From the NCBI GenBank assembly GCA_963827655.1, contig CAWHCF010000034.1:32001-96000 (forward strand): 64,000 nt of DNA. The letters are read 5' to 3'. The position numbers and the translations under genes are program-made. The notes beneath the pieces were generated by a model, which ran no database searches, was not told the origin of the DNA, and saw only the letters and a program-made list of their open reading frames with translations. This document shows positions 52,238 to 61,881 of this stretch, one piece after another. Numbering within the stretch: position 1 is the first letter of the stretch; each line of letters starts with the position of its first letter. The stretch comes from an uncultured Acidobacteriota bacterium (lineage in GTDB: Bacteria > Acidobacteriota > UBA6911).

Positions 52238-52309
52238 TCAAACAATATATCATGGTCCGGGCGGGACAAAACTCCTTGACGACCCTGGAGCCCTATGATA
52301 CTTCTTACC

Positions 52310-52386
52310 CTCTTCGCGTCTTCATGGTTAACGCTGGGGAACAGAGACCAGCCAACGAGACACGAAGACGCGAAGAAGCGCAAGAA
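52310..52386. repeat. Inverted nonamer array in the atp leader
   Basis: TCTTCGCGTCTTCATGG ... GACACGAAGACGCGAAGAAGCGCAAGAA. Confidence 0.7.
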
Positions 52387-52468
52387 TCTTCGTAAGAAAA
52401 GCAAGAAACTACCAATCAGCGACGTCGAAGACGCTGGGGGAAGAGTGTCCTCGGCGCAGAGTAAGCCT

Positions 52469-52891
52469 GTGATCAGCCTTGATAGCTCCATAATACCGGC
52501 GATACTTATTTTTTTCTTGCTGATCTTTGCGCTCAATTCTCTTTTGTTCCGGCCGCTGATGCGGGTTCAGGCCGAGCGAGAAAGCAGAACCTCGGGTCTC
52601 TTGCTCGAGACGCAAAAGAAGGTCGACCACCACCTGGATTCATTCAGCAGTTATCAAGCCTCGCTCAAGAATGCCCGCATGCAGGGCTACCGGCACCAGG
52701 AGCAAGTTCGCGCGCAGGCAATGAAAAAACGCGCCGAAGTTCTGGAATCGGCCCGGCTAAATGCCGAAAAACTGATCCAGGATTCTCGCGCCACGATTCA
52801 GAGCCAGGTTGTCACCGCGAAGGAGCAGTTGGGCCGCGACGCCCAGGAAATCGCTCGCAGCATTGTGAGCACCATTCTGCAAAGGCCCTAA
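52469..52891 (+). CDS. atpF2: ATP synthase F0 subunit b'
   Basis: N-terminal TM, LLFRPL, coiled coil; first of two b subunits. Confidence 0.85.
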   Translation: MISLDSSIIPAILIFFLLIFALNSLLFRPLMRVQAERESRTSGLLLETQKKVDHHLDSFSSYQASLKNARMQGYRHQEQVRAQAMKKRAEVLESARLNAEKLIQDSRATIQSQVVTAKEQLGRDAQEIARSIVSTILQRP

Positions 52892-52892
52892 C

Positions 52893-53025
52893 AATTGCGG
52901 ATTACCGATTTCAGATTGCGGATTGCGGATTGCGGATTGTCTCAGCTGACATTCTCACTCCGCGTGCAGCTTCTTGAAATCCGCAATCCGCAATCTGCAA
53001 TCCGCAATCGGTAAATCCGCAATCG
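52893..53025. repeat. Inverted heptamer array between b' and b genes
   Basis: (GATTGCG)-type x~7, spacer, (CGCAATC)-type x~7. Confidence 0.92.
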
Positions 53026-53027
53026 GA

Positions 53028-53558
53028 ATGCTCCTGCTGCCCTCGGTGGCTCTTGCGGCCGAAGGCTCCGGCGATAAATGGGGACCCTGGTTAACCATCG
53101 GCCGATTTTTCAATCTGGCGCTGGTTATCGGAGTTGTGGTGTGGGTTGCGCGCAAGCCGCTGGCAAGCTTCTTTGCCGGCCGGACCCAGTCGATTCAGGA
53201 GCAACTGGCAGCCGCGCGCAAGGCCCGGGAAGAAGCCGAGGCCAAGCTCGCGGAGATCGAGTCGCAGATGAGCCATCTCAATGAAGAACTGCGGGACCTG
53301 GAGACCGCGGCGGAGAAAGAGGCCCAGGACGAGTATCAACGTCTTCTGGCTGAGACGCAGCGTGATGCCGATAAGATTGTCGAAAGAGCCCGCCAGGAAA
53401 TCGACGGTCTGACGCGAACCGCCCAGATGGAACTCAAGGCGCACGTGGCGGAATTGTCGGTCCGTCTAGCGGAGGAAGGCATTCGCCGGGAGATTACCGA
53501 CCAGGATCGCGACCGGCTGTTTATGCGGTTTGTCACCAAGCTGGGAGCGAAGCAATGA
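53028..53558 (+). CDS. atpF: ATP synthase F0 subunit b
   Basis: RFFNLALVIGVVVWVARKPL TM, coiled coil; start uncertain. Confidence 0.9.
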   Translation: MLLLPSVALAAEGSGDKWGPWLTIGRFFNLALVIGVVVWVARKPLASFFAGRTQSIQEQLAAARKAREEAEAKLAEIESQMSHLNEELRDLETAAEKEAQDEYQRLLAETQRDADKIVERARQEIDGLTRTAQMELKAHVAELSVRLAEEGIRREITDQDRDRLFMRFVTKLGAKQ

Positions 53559-54097
53559 TCTCTTCGGCGCTCTTTGCGCGCTACGCGCGCGCCCTGGCGG
53601 ACGTCGTGATGGAGCAACGGCAAGAGCAACAGGTAACGGAGGATCTTGCCGTTTTTCGTGAGATTTTCAGGAGCGTTCCCGACCTGCTGGACGTCTTCGA
53701 CAGTCCGGCGATTCCGCGCGAAGCAAAGGAACGAGTACTGAAGGAGCTGATTGCTCGATACCCCGTCAGCCCGACGACGGCGAACTTCTTGCGCGCTCTC
53801 CTGGGACACAATCGAATTCGCTACTTCCACGAGATCTTCAACTACTACGTCAGGACGATAAACGACCGGAAGGGAATCGTCGCTGCCCAGGTGACCGCCG
53901 CGTCGCCGCTGTCCGAGCCTGACCAGGCCAGCCTTCGCGCCAGTCTTGCCGGCGCTACCAGCCGGACCGTAGTCCTGGACGTTCGCACCGACCCGGATCT
54001 TCTGGGCGGACTGGTCGTGCAAATCGGCAGTACCGTCTACGACGGATCGATCCGGACGCAGCTGACGGAAATGCAGCGCCGGTTACGCGAGAGCTGA
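53555..54097 (+). CDS. atpH: ATP synthase F1 delta
   Basis: ARYARAL, DPDLLGG, YDGSIRTQL. Confidence 0.95.
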   Translation: MISSALFARYARALADVVMEQRQEQQVTEDLAVFREIFRSVPDLLDVFDSPAIPREAKERVLKELIARYPVSPTTANFLRALLGHNRIRYFHEIFNYYVRTINDRKGIVAAQVTAASPLSEPDQASLRASLAGATSRTVVLDVRTDPDLLGGLVVQIGSTVYDGSIRTQLTEMQRRLRES

Positions 54098-54162
54098 CCG
54101 CATCAAGGGGCCGCCGCCGCAAGACAGGCGCCCTCGCCTACGTCTAATAACGAAGGGACGTC

Positions 54163-55689
54163 ATGGAAATAAGGGCCGACGAGATCAGCAAGATACTGAG
54201 AGATCAGATCAAGGATTACCAGACCGGGGTCGTCGTGAGCGAAATAGGCACGGTGATTTCGGTCGGGGATGGAATTGCCCGGGTCCATGGACTGGAGAAG
54301 GTGATGGCCGGGGAACTTCTGGATTTTCCCCACGGCGTGAAGGGAATTGCGCTCAACCTGGAAGAAGATAACGTCGGAGTTGTCCTCTTCGGGGAATACA
54401 CGCGTATAGGCGAGGGAGATGTCGTCCAGCGCACCAAGCGAATCATGTCGGTCCCGGTAGGACCGGCGCTCATCGGGAGAGTCGTCAATGCGCTGGGTGA
54501 GCCGCTGGACGACCGCGGACCCATCCCGACTACAGAGTTCGCTCCAATCGAGCGCCTGGCTCCCGGTGTCATAGATCGCCAGCCCGTGAAAGAGCCTCTT
54601 CAAACCGGACTCAAGGCGATCGACGCCATGATTCCCATCGGGCGGGGACAACGGGAGCTGATCATCGGCGATCGCCAGACCGGCAAAACTGCCATCGCAA
54701 TCGACACGATCATCAACCAGAAGAACACGGACGTCATCTCCATCTACGTGGCCATAGGGCAGAAGCGCTCGACCGTGGCGCAGGTGGTCAAGACGCTGGC
54801 GGATTACGATGTTCTAGACCGCACCATCGTGGTGTCGGCCTCAGCCTCCGATCCAGCCACGATGCAGTACATAGCCCCCTATTGTGGCTGCGCCATGGGA
54901 GAGTACTTCCGCGACCGCGGTCAGCACGCGCTGCTGATCTACGACGACCTGTCGAAGCACGCCGCCGCCTATCGCGAAATCTCTCTGTTATTGAGGCGTC
55001 CTCCGGGCCGGGAGGCCTTTCCCGGAGATGTGTTCTACCTCCATTCCCGTCTGCTCGAGCGCGCCGCGAAGCTGAACGCCGCCAACGGCGGGGGTTCCTT
55101 GACGGCGCTTCCTATCATCGAGACTCAGGCCGGCGACATTTCCGCCTATATCCCGACCAACGTCATCTCCATCACCGACGGCCAGATCTTTCTGGAGGCC
55201 GACCTGTTTCACGCCGGCATCCGTCCGGCCGTTCACGTCGGCAACTCGGTAAGCCGCGTGGGGGGAAATGCCCAGATCAAAGCCATGAAGCAGGTGGCAG
55301 GCACCCTGCGGTTGGAACTGGCGCAGTTCCGGGAACTGGCAGCATTCGCACAGTTCGGATCGGAACTGGACAAGGCGACGCAGGCCCAGCTCTTCCGCGG
55401 CGAGCGTTTGACCGAGATCCTGAAGCAGGGCCAATACCAACCGGTGGACGTGATCAAGCAGGTGTTGGTTGTCTTCGCGGGAACTCAGGGTTTAACGGAT
55501 GACCTGAAACTGGAAGAGATCAGTTCGTTCGAGAAGGGATTGTACAGTTTCATGGACAGCGCAAAGAGCTCGCTGTTGCAGCGCCTCGCCAGTGAGAAAG
55601 CCCTGAGTGATCAGTTGCGCGGCGAACTCCTTTCCGCATTGAAGGAATACAAAGAGAAGTTCGTCGCCGAGAAAGCCGTCGCTACCTAG
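54163..55689 (+). CDS. atpA: ATP synthase F1 alpha
   Basis: [30 protein letters not shown]. Confidence 0.98.
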   Translation: MEIRADEISKILRDQIKDYQTGVVVSEIGTVISVGDGIARVHGLEKVMAGELLDFPHGVKGIALNLEEDNVGVVLFGEYTRIGEGDVVQRTKRIMSVPVGPALIGRVVNALGEPLDDRGPIPTTEFAPIERLAPGVIDRQPVKEPLQTGLKAIDAMIPIGRGQRELIIGDRQTGKTAIAIDTIINQKNTDVISIYVAIGQKRSTVAQVVKTLADYDVLDRTIVVSASASDPATMQYIAPYCGCAMGEYFRDRGQHALLIYDDLSKHAAAYREISLLLRRPPGREAFPGDVFYLHSRLLERAAKLNAANGGGSLTALPIIETQAGDISAYIPTNVISITDGQIFLEADLFHAGIRPAVHVGNSVSRVGGNAQIKAMKQVAGTLRLELAQFRELAAFAQFGSELDKATQAQLFRGERLTEILKQGQYQPVDVIKQVLVVFAGTQGLTDDLKLEEISSFEKGLYSFMDSAKSSLLQRLASEKALSDQLRGELLSALKEYKEKFVAEKAVAT

Positions 55690-55751
55690 CCGATTGCGCG
55701 TCTGGTAGCGTGTTGGTGCATCGTCAGACCTTGTAGACGTCACAATTCAAG

Positions 55752-56608
55752 ATGGCAAACGTCCGCGACATCCGAAGGCGAATTCGAAGCGCCAAAAGCA
55801 TTCAGCAGATCACTCGCGCGATGAAATTCGTCTCCGCAGCGAGACTGCGCAAAGCGCAGGACCGGGTCATCGCCGCGCGTCCCTACGCCCAGCAAATGCT
55901 GGCGGTCCTCAATAGCCTGGCAACAAGGGTACGGGAGCGGAGTCATCCACTGCTGGCGCGGCGTGGAGATGAAAAGATTGGACTTGTCATCATCACCGCC
56001 GACCGGGGGTTGTGCGGAGGATACAACACCAACATTCTCAAGCGGGCTACTGAATTCCTGGTCGGGCGCCATGGCAAGTCGGTACACTTGACCGTGCTGG
56101 GGAAACGCGGGAGGGACTTCTTCCGGCGTCGAACTTACGCCGTGCGGCATGAAGCCGTTAGCGTCCTCGAAAAACCGAGCTTCGAAACCGCGGCCGCCAT
56201 TGCCCGCGACGTCATTGAGGAGTTTGAGAAAGGCGCGCACGACCAGGTCTGGCTTTTGTACAACGAGTTCAAGTCGGTGGTGCAGCAGCGGGTCGTGGTG
56301 GAGCCGCTGCTTCCGATCAAGCCTGTCGAGCAGCCGGGCGAGGATACTCATCTGGAGTATCTTTATGATGTGCCTCCGGAAAAGATTCTCAAAAACCTGC
56401 TGCCGCGTTACGTGGAGGCACAGATTTTTCGCGCCCTTCTGGAGGCCGCAGCCTCGGAGCACGGAGCGAGAATGACGGCCATGGATGCTGCCACCAAGAA
56501 TGCCACCGAGATGATTGACAATCTTACGCTGTTTGCCAACAAAGTGCGCCAGGCCGCGATCACGAAGGAGTTGATCGAAGTTGTGAGCGGCGCAGCCGCG
56601 CATGATGT

Positions 56609-56615
<7 letters not shown>
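55752..56615 (+). CDS. atpG: ATP synthase F1 gamma
   Basis: ITRAMKFVS, DRGLCG, SEHGARM, RQAAITKEL. Confidence 0.97.
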
Positions 56616-58087
<1,472 letters not shown>

Positions 58088-58113
58088 AGTTCACGGCTAG
58101 AAAGCGCACGCCA

Positions 58114-58160
58114 ACGTCATCGTCACTAATCGTCAATCGTCAATCGTAAATCGTCAATCG
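58114..58160. repeat. Heptamer array (AATCGTC) before atpC
   Basis: AATCGTCAATCGTCAATCGTAAATCGTCAATCG. Confidence 0.8.
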
Positions 58161-58162
58161 GA

Positions 58163-58582
58163 ATGGTTTTGCCGGATCAGATTCAGCTGGAAATCGTGAC
58201 GCCTGAGAAGCGGCTCTTCAGCGGCCGGGTAGACGAAGTAACGGTTCCATCGTCTCGTGGCTACCTTGGAATCCTTCCAGGACATGCGCCCCTTCTCGGA
58301 GAACTCGGCATTGGTGAAATCAGCTGTCGCATGGCGGACCGCCGGGAATATTTCTTTTGCGCCGGAGGTTTTCTTGAAGTCCTGCCGGATCGGGTTGTGA
58401 TTCTGGCGCAGACTGCGGAGAAGGCCTCGGAGATTGACGTGGGTCGCGCAGAGCAAGCCAGGCTCCGCGCCGAGAAGCTGCTGGCTTCGAAGGATCCTGA
58501 TACCGACTTCGATCAAGTCCAGTCGGAGTTGAAGCGCGCTACGGCCCGGCTCGAGACTGCAAGACATCAGCAGCGCAAGTAA
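58163..58582 (+). CDS. atpC: ATP synthase F1 epsilon
   Basis: LEIVTPE, LGILPGHAPL, GGFLEV. Confidence 0.96.
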   Translation: MVLPDQIQLEIVTPEKRLFSGRVDEVTVPSSRGYLGILPGHAPLLGELGIGEISCRMADRREYFFCAGGFLEVLPDRVVILAQTAEKASEIDVGRAEQARLRAEKLLASKDPDTDFDQVQSELKRATARLETARHQQRK

Positions 58583-58622
58583 GAGCTTTTCTGGGCGGCT
58601 TCGCGCCTTTGCGGTGACCGGT

Positions 58623-59099
58623 TCAAACCTGGGCAGCGCGCGGTTTGAGAATTGCCACCCCCAGGATCCCTCCCAGGATACCAAAGACCACCGAGACACC
58701 GAACCGGATGACGATTTTGAAGAATAGAGCTACGCCTACAACGGTTCCGAAATGGGTGAAAAAGAACTCCAGAAGAGGCCGGATCTCCTCCGGAGCGTCC
58801 GCCAGGCTGGGGACGGCCCTGCTCAGAAAGGACTGCAGAATCCCGCCGAAGATCAGCGTGACGGGACCGAGCAGCAACCCATAGATCAGGGTCCCGACGA
58901 CCCCGGTCATTACTCCGAGGATGATGCCGTCATTGTTCGTGGGAGGGGTGGGGCTCGAGCTTCGATATACCGCTACCGCGACGATGCTTCCCAGGATAGG
59001 AAAGACGCAGCAGGCAAGATTGAGAATTGGAACAAAAGGGCCGAGGCCTGTGATCAGGCCACCGATCAGTATCGCTCTCCACTTTCCTTCAAGAGCCAC
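58623..59099 (-). CDS. Four-TM membrane protein of unknown function
   Basis: Four hydrophobic Gly-rich segments, NLACCV motif. Confidence 0.75.
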   Translation of the reverse strand: MALEGKWRAILIGGLITGLGPFVPILNLACCVFPILGSIVAVAVYRSSSPTPPTNNDGIILGVMTGVVGTLIYGLLLGPVTLIFGGILQSFLSRAVPSLADAPEEIRPLLEFFFTHFGTVVGVALFFKIVIRFGVSVVFGILGGILGVAILKPRAAQV

Positions 59100-59144
59100 G
59101 GGCCCCCGGGGTGGCTGATCACAGCAAGCGGGAACAGTTTACGG

Positions 59145-60239
59145 TTATTTTACGCCGAGCTCTTGGGCAGCCTTGGCGTATCTCCTTTCGACTCCTACCA
59201 GGGTATTGTTGTGCGCGGCCTTGTAAATTCTCTCGAGGCGTTCTTTGGCCTCGTCGGCCGCCTCGCCTTTGAGCACGACCGCCTTGGCAAAAGTGATGAC
59301 CGCCTCTTCCATTAAGTCGTAATTATTCTGCGAGAAGGCGATTTTCTCCTGGCTGAGCCCGATGTAGTAGTAAGGCCAATCGAACTTCTTATCAATAGCC
59401 AGCGCCTGCTCCATGGACTTGATGGCTTCGGTGTACTTATCCTGGTCGTAGTAGTTAACCCCGATGAAGTAATGGCACTCGCGCTTATATGCGGTAAGCT
59501 TCTTGCGCCAATCGGCTTCGGACACACCGTCGGGTTTCTTCGTCGTTTCAAGAGATTTCAACACAAGCTGAGCGGACTCGGCGGCTTTAGCGAAGTTCTT
59601 CTCCTTTAGGAAGGCCTCCTCCATTTTGTCTACGCGAAGATTGAATTCGCCCACCGCATACTTTGGATCCGCGAGGGTTTTCTCTGTCCACTCCTCGTAC
59701 TTGGCCTGATCTCCAATCTTCTTGAAGGTCTGAGCGATTTCATAGGCCATGTCCGCGCTGGGTTTGGCCGCATAGATCTTCTGGCCATACTCTACGAATT
59801 TCTTGTCGTCGCCCAGCCCTTTGGCGGCGTCGGCGATATAAGCCATGCTTCCAAGATCATTGGGTTCGTACTTGAGCCATTGTTCGGCGGCAGGGAGCAG
59901 TTTGGCGTAGTTCTTGTTCTTGTGGTACTCGGCGAGAAGGCTCTTGTAAGAGTGAACGATGTATTGCTGGAGCTTCGACTTGGGATACTTCTCCATGAAG
60001 GCTATCAGAGCCGCCTGGCGCTTGTCCGGGTCGGGCTCCTTGGTCGCCTTCTCGTAGGCATCGTATTCTTCTTCCGTGTACTCTTCCTCTGGTTGTGCCG
60101 GCTGCTGTGCCGGGGCGGGCTTTGGCTTCGGCTGGGTTTGGGGCGGAGTCTGGCTGAAACCCGGCTCTACCGTGGCTGGCGCGATCAATAGACCGACCAG
60201 CAAACCTAAAAAGAAATTTTTATGATGGCTAAGACTCAT
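59145..60239 (-). CDS. Exported TPR-repeat protein
   Basis: Signal-like N-terminus, Pro/Gln linker, TPR helices (YFIGVNYYDQDKYTEAIKSMEQAL; YYYIGLSQ). Confidence 0.85.
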   Translation of the reverse strand: MSLSHHKNFFLGLLVGLLIAPATVEPGFSQTPPQTQPKPKPAPAQQPAQPEEEYTEEEYDAYEKATKEPDPDKRQAALIAFMEKYPKSKLQQYIVHSYKSLLAEYHKNKNYAKLLPAAEQWLKYEPNDLGSMAYIADAAKGLGDDKKFVEYGQKIYAAKPSADMAYEIAQTFKKIGDQAKYEEWTEKTLADPKYAVGEFNLRVDKMEEAFLKEKNFAKAAESAQLVLKSLETTKKPDGVSEADWRKKLTAYKRECHYFIGVNYYDQDKYTEAIKSMEQALAIDKKFDWPYYYIGLSQEKIAFSQNNYDLMEEAVITFAKAVVLKGEAADEAKERLERIYKAAHNNTLVGVERRYAKAAQELGVK

Positions 60240-60275
60240 TGGATTTGTGCCCCCCTCTGTGTAGCGACTGCGGGC

Positions 60276-60305
60276 ATTCTAATGGAATGCCAAAATTCAA
60301 ATCAA
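60276..60305 (-). promoter_or_regulatory. Putative promoter of the TPR gene (TTGATT-18-TAGAAT)
   Basis: Boxes at 60300-60305 and 60276-60281. Confidence 0.5.
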
Positions 60306-60345
60306 CTATATTCATCCCAAAGTATTCCCTGCGCGATATCCGAAG

Positions 60346-60550
60346 GCTTTTTGCCTGGTGAGGTTAGGAGCGAAAGCTCCACGCACCATACACGGACTCG
60401 GTTCACCTACGGTTCCTGGAAGATGCCGGATATCGGGAGAAGTTGCACCTCTCCTACGCTTGTTTGAACCCGAGCGATGAAAAAAGGTTCCAACCTTCCC
60501 AGCGACCGAGAACTGGCACTCGGTTCCAGAGCCCTTTTTGACCAGACGAG
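60346..60550 (-). ncRNA. Candidate ~200-nt multi-helix structured RNA, family unassigned
   Basis: At least six complementary segment pairs, with G-U wobbles on the minus strand only; see findings. Confidence 0.55.
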
Positions 60551-60616
60551 ATTCCAATCCGCCACGAGGCGCTCAGGTTTACGGGCACCGCGCCGCTGGA
60601 CGGCCCCGGAAGGTCC

Positions 60617-60645
60617 TTGAAATCTCCGGATCGATTCTCTAACAT
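60617..60645 (+). promoter_or_regulatory. tRNA-Gln promoter TTGAAA-17-TAACAT
   Basis: Consensus-like boxes 15 bp upstream of the tRNA. Confidence 0.6.
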
Positions 60646-60660
60646 GAAGCACTTTCGGGT

Positions 60661-60734
60661 TGGGAGATCGTCTAACGGTAGGACGGGTGGCTCTGGACCA
60701 CTTAATCGGGGTTCGAATCCCTGTCTCCCAGCCA
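60661..60734 (+). tRNA. tRNA-Gln(CTG)
   Basis: TGGGAGA/TCTCCCA acceptor, CT CTG GA anticodon loop, TTCGAAT T-loop, encoded CCA. Confidence 0.97.
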
Positions 60735-60748
60735 CAACCTCTGCATTC

Positions 60749-60910
60749 TCATAACCCACTGATTAAAGAAAAGTTAGTTTTTCGTACCTTCCTCAAAAAT
60801 CTCCCTCGGGTGCCACTTTGGGTGCCACCTCGCCCTGAGACCAGAGACGTTAGCTTGCTCACAATTTCCCGAAGATGCTGCTGTTCGACCTTTGCATAAG
60901 TGTCGTGAGT
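60749..60910 (-). pseudogene. Tyrosine integrase C-terminal remnant with att-like signals
   Basis: Minus frame reads THDTYAKVEQQHLREIVSKL...*; direct repeat GGGTGCCAC at 60808 and 60820. Confidence 0.55.
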
Positions 60911-60944
60911 CGCCTGCCTGATGCCTGCCGGGGGCAGATCATTT

Positions 60945-61686
60945 TCAGCGCTCGACCTTGATGATGCGATCGTTTCTACGGGTCTTCGTTACCTGGCCGT
61001 ACAGACACACTGGCCCCAAAATGCAACGGTCTCTTGTAAAACTGGAAGCCGTCTGTGGCGATCAGGGGGACACGTCCAAGATTCATTCGGCTGGTTAGGT
61101 CTTGAAAGAGGGCGAGCGTGTTTCGATAGCTTCGTCTCCCTACGACCGTCGCTGGTCAAAGCCGGGACCAGACCTCAATCGTGGTGAAGTTCCAGATCGG
61201 GTGTTTCTTGCTGCGGACGACCCGCCGAATCTCATCAGCCTGGAAGTTCCGCGATGCCGAGAGTTGCAATTCTTCGATCGTTGAACCGACGACACGAATG
61301 GGCTGCCTTTTCGAGCCATCGAGCGACGGTATTCCAGCAATCTGCTTACCCGTGCGATTGCAGACTTGTCCAGACCCTCTACGCTGAGGATTGCGACTTC
61401 GTCGAAAGTCGAGCGACGGTGTTGGAGTCGATAGTATGGCGTACCGGTGTTCGAGCAGAATGTCTTCGCACAAATCCGGCACACAGATATCGCCGACACT
61501 TCTCGGAGTTGGTCTGGTAGAACCCATGGAGGATGATGCTTCCGGCACCGCCATCTCTCGACAAACGGAAGTTGCGATCGAGCTGCCAACAGTCAACGGC
61601 GGAAGCACCGGGAGTTGAGAGACTGCGACCCTTCTACGAGTAGCCGACAATTCGTCCAAGTGAACCGAGCCTTTGTAGGAGCCATG
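60945..61686 (-). mobile_element. Degraded IS1-family-like transposase (multiple frameshifts, 3'-truncated)
   Basis: Fragments across frames: LHGFYQT..RRYLC, CRICAKTF, SAIARV (HTH), QADE, WNFTTIEVWSRL, IATDG, YGQV. Confidence 0.7.
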
Positions 61687-61881
61687 GTCCTTTTGGGTGT
61701 AGGATTGGCACTATAGAGACTACGGAGCAGTCCGCGGTACTGCCCCCATTTTTTTCGCAGCTTCAAAGACGCTAAGAATCACCAGGAGGGGTGCGCTTCG
61801 AGGTTTGCTATAATGGCCCGCTATTGGTCGCCGTTTTGAGGCACTGATTTCACCGCGTCTCCGCGTCAGCCGAAACCTCAC

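Noticed and set aside
60346-60550. Calling the structured region 6S RNA, a ydaO riboswitch or raiA RNA
   Set aside because: Only short motif matches; it is branched rather than rod-like and element order and spacing do not fit, so it is left unassigned
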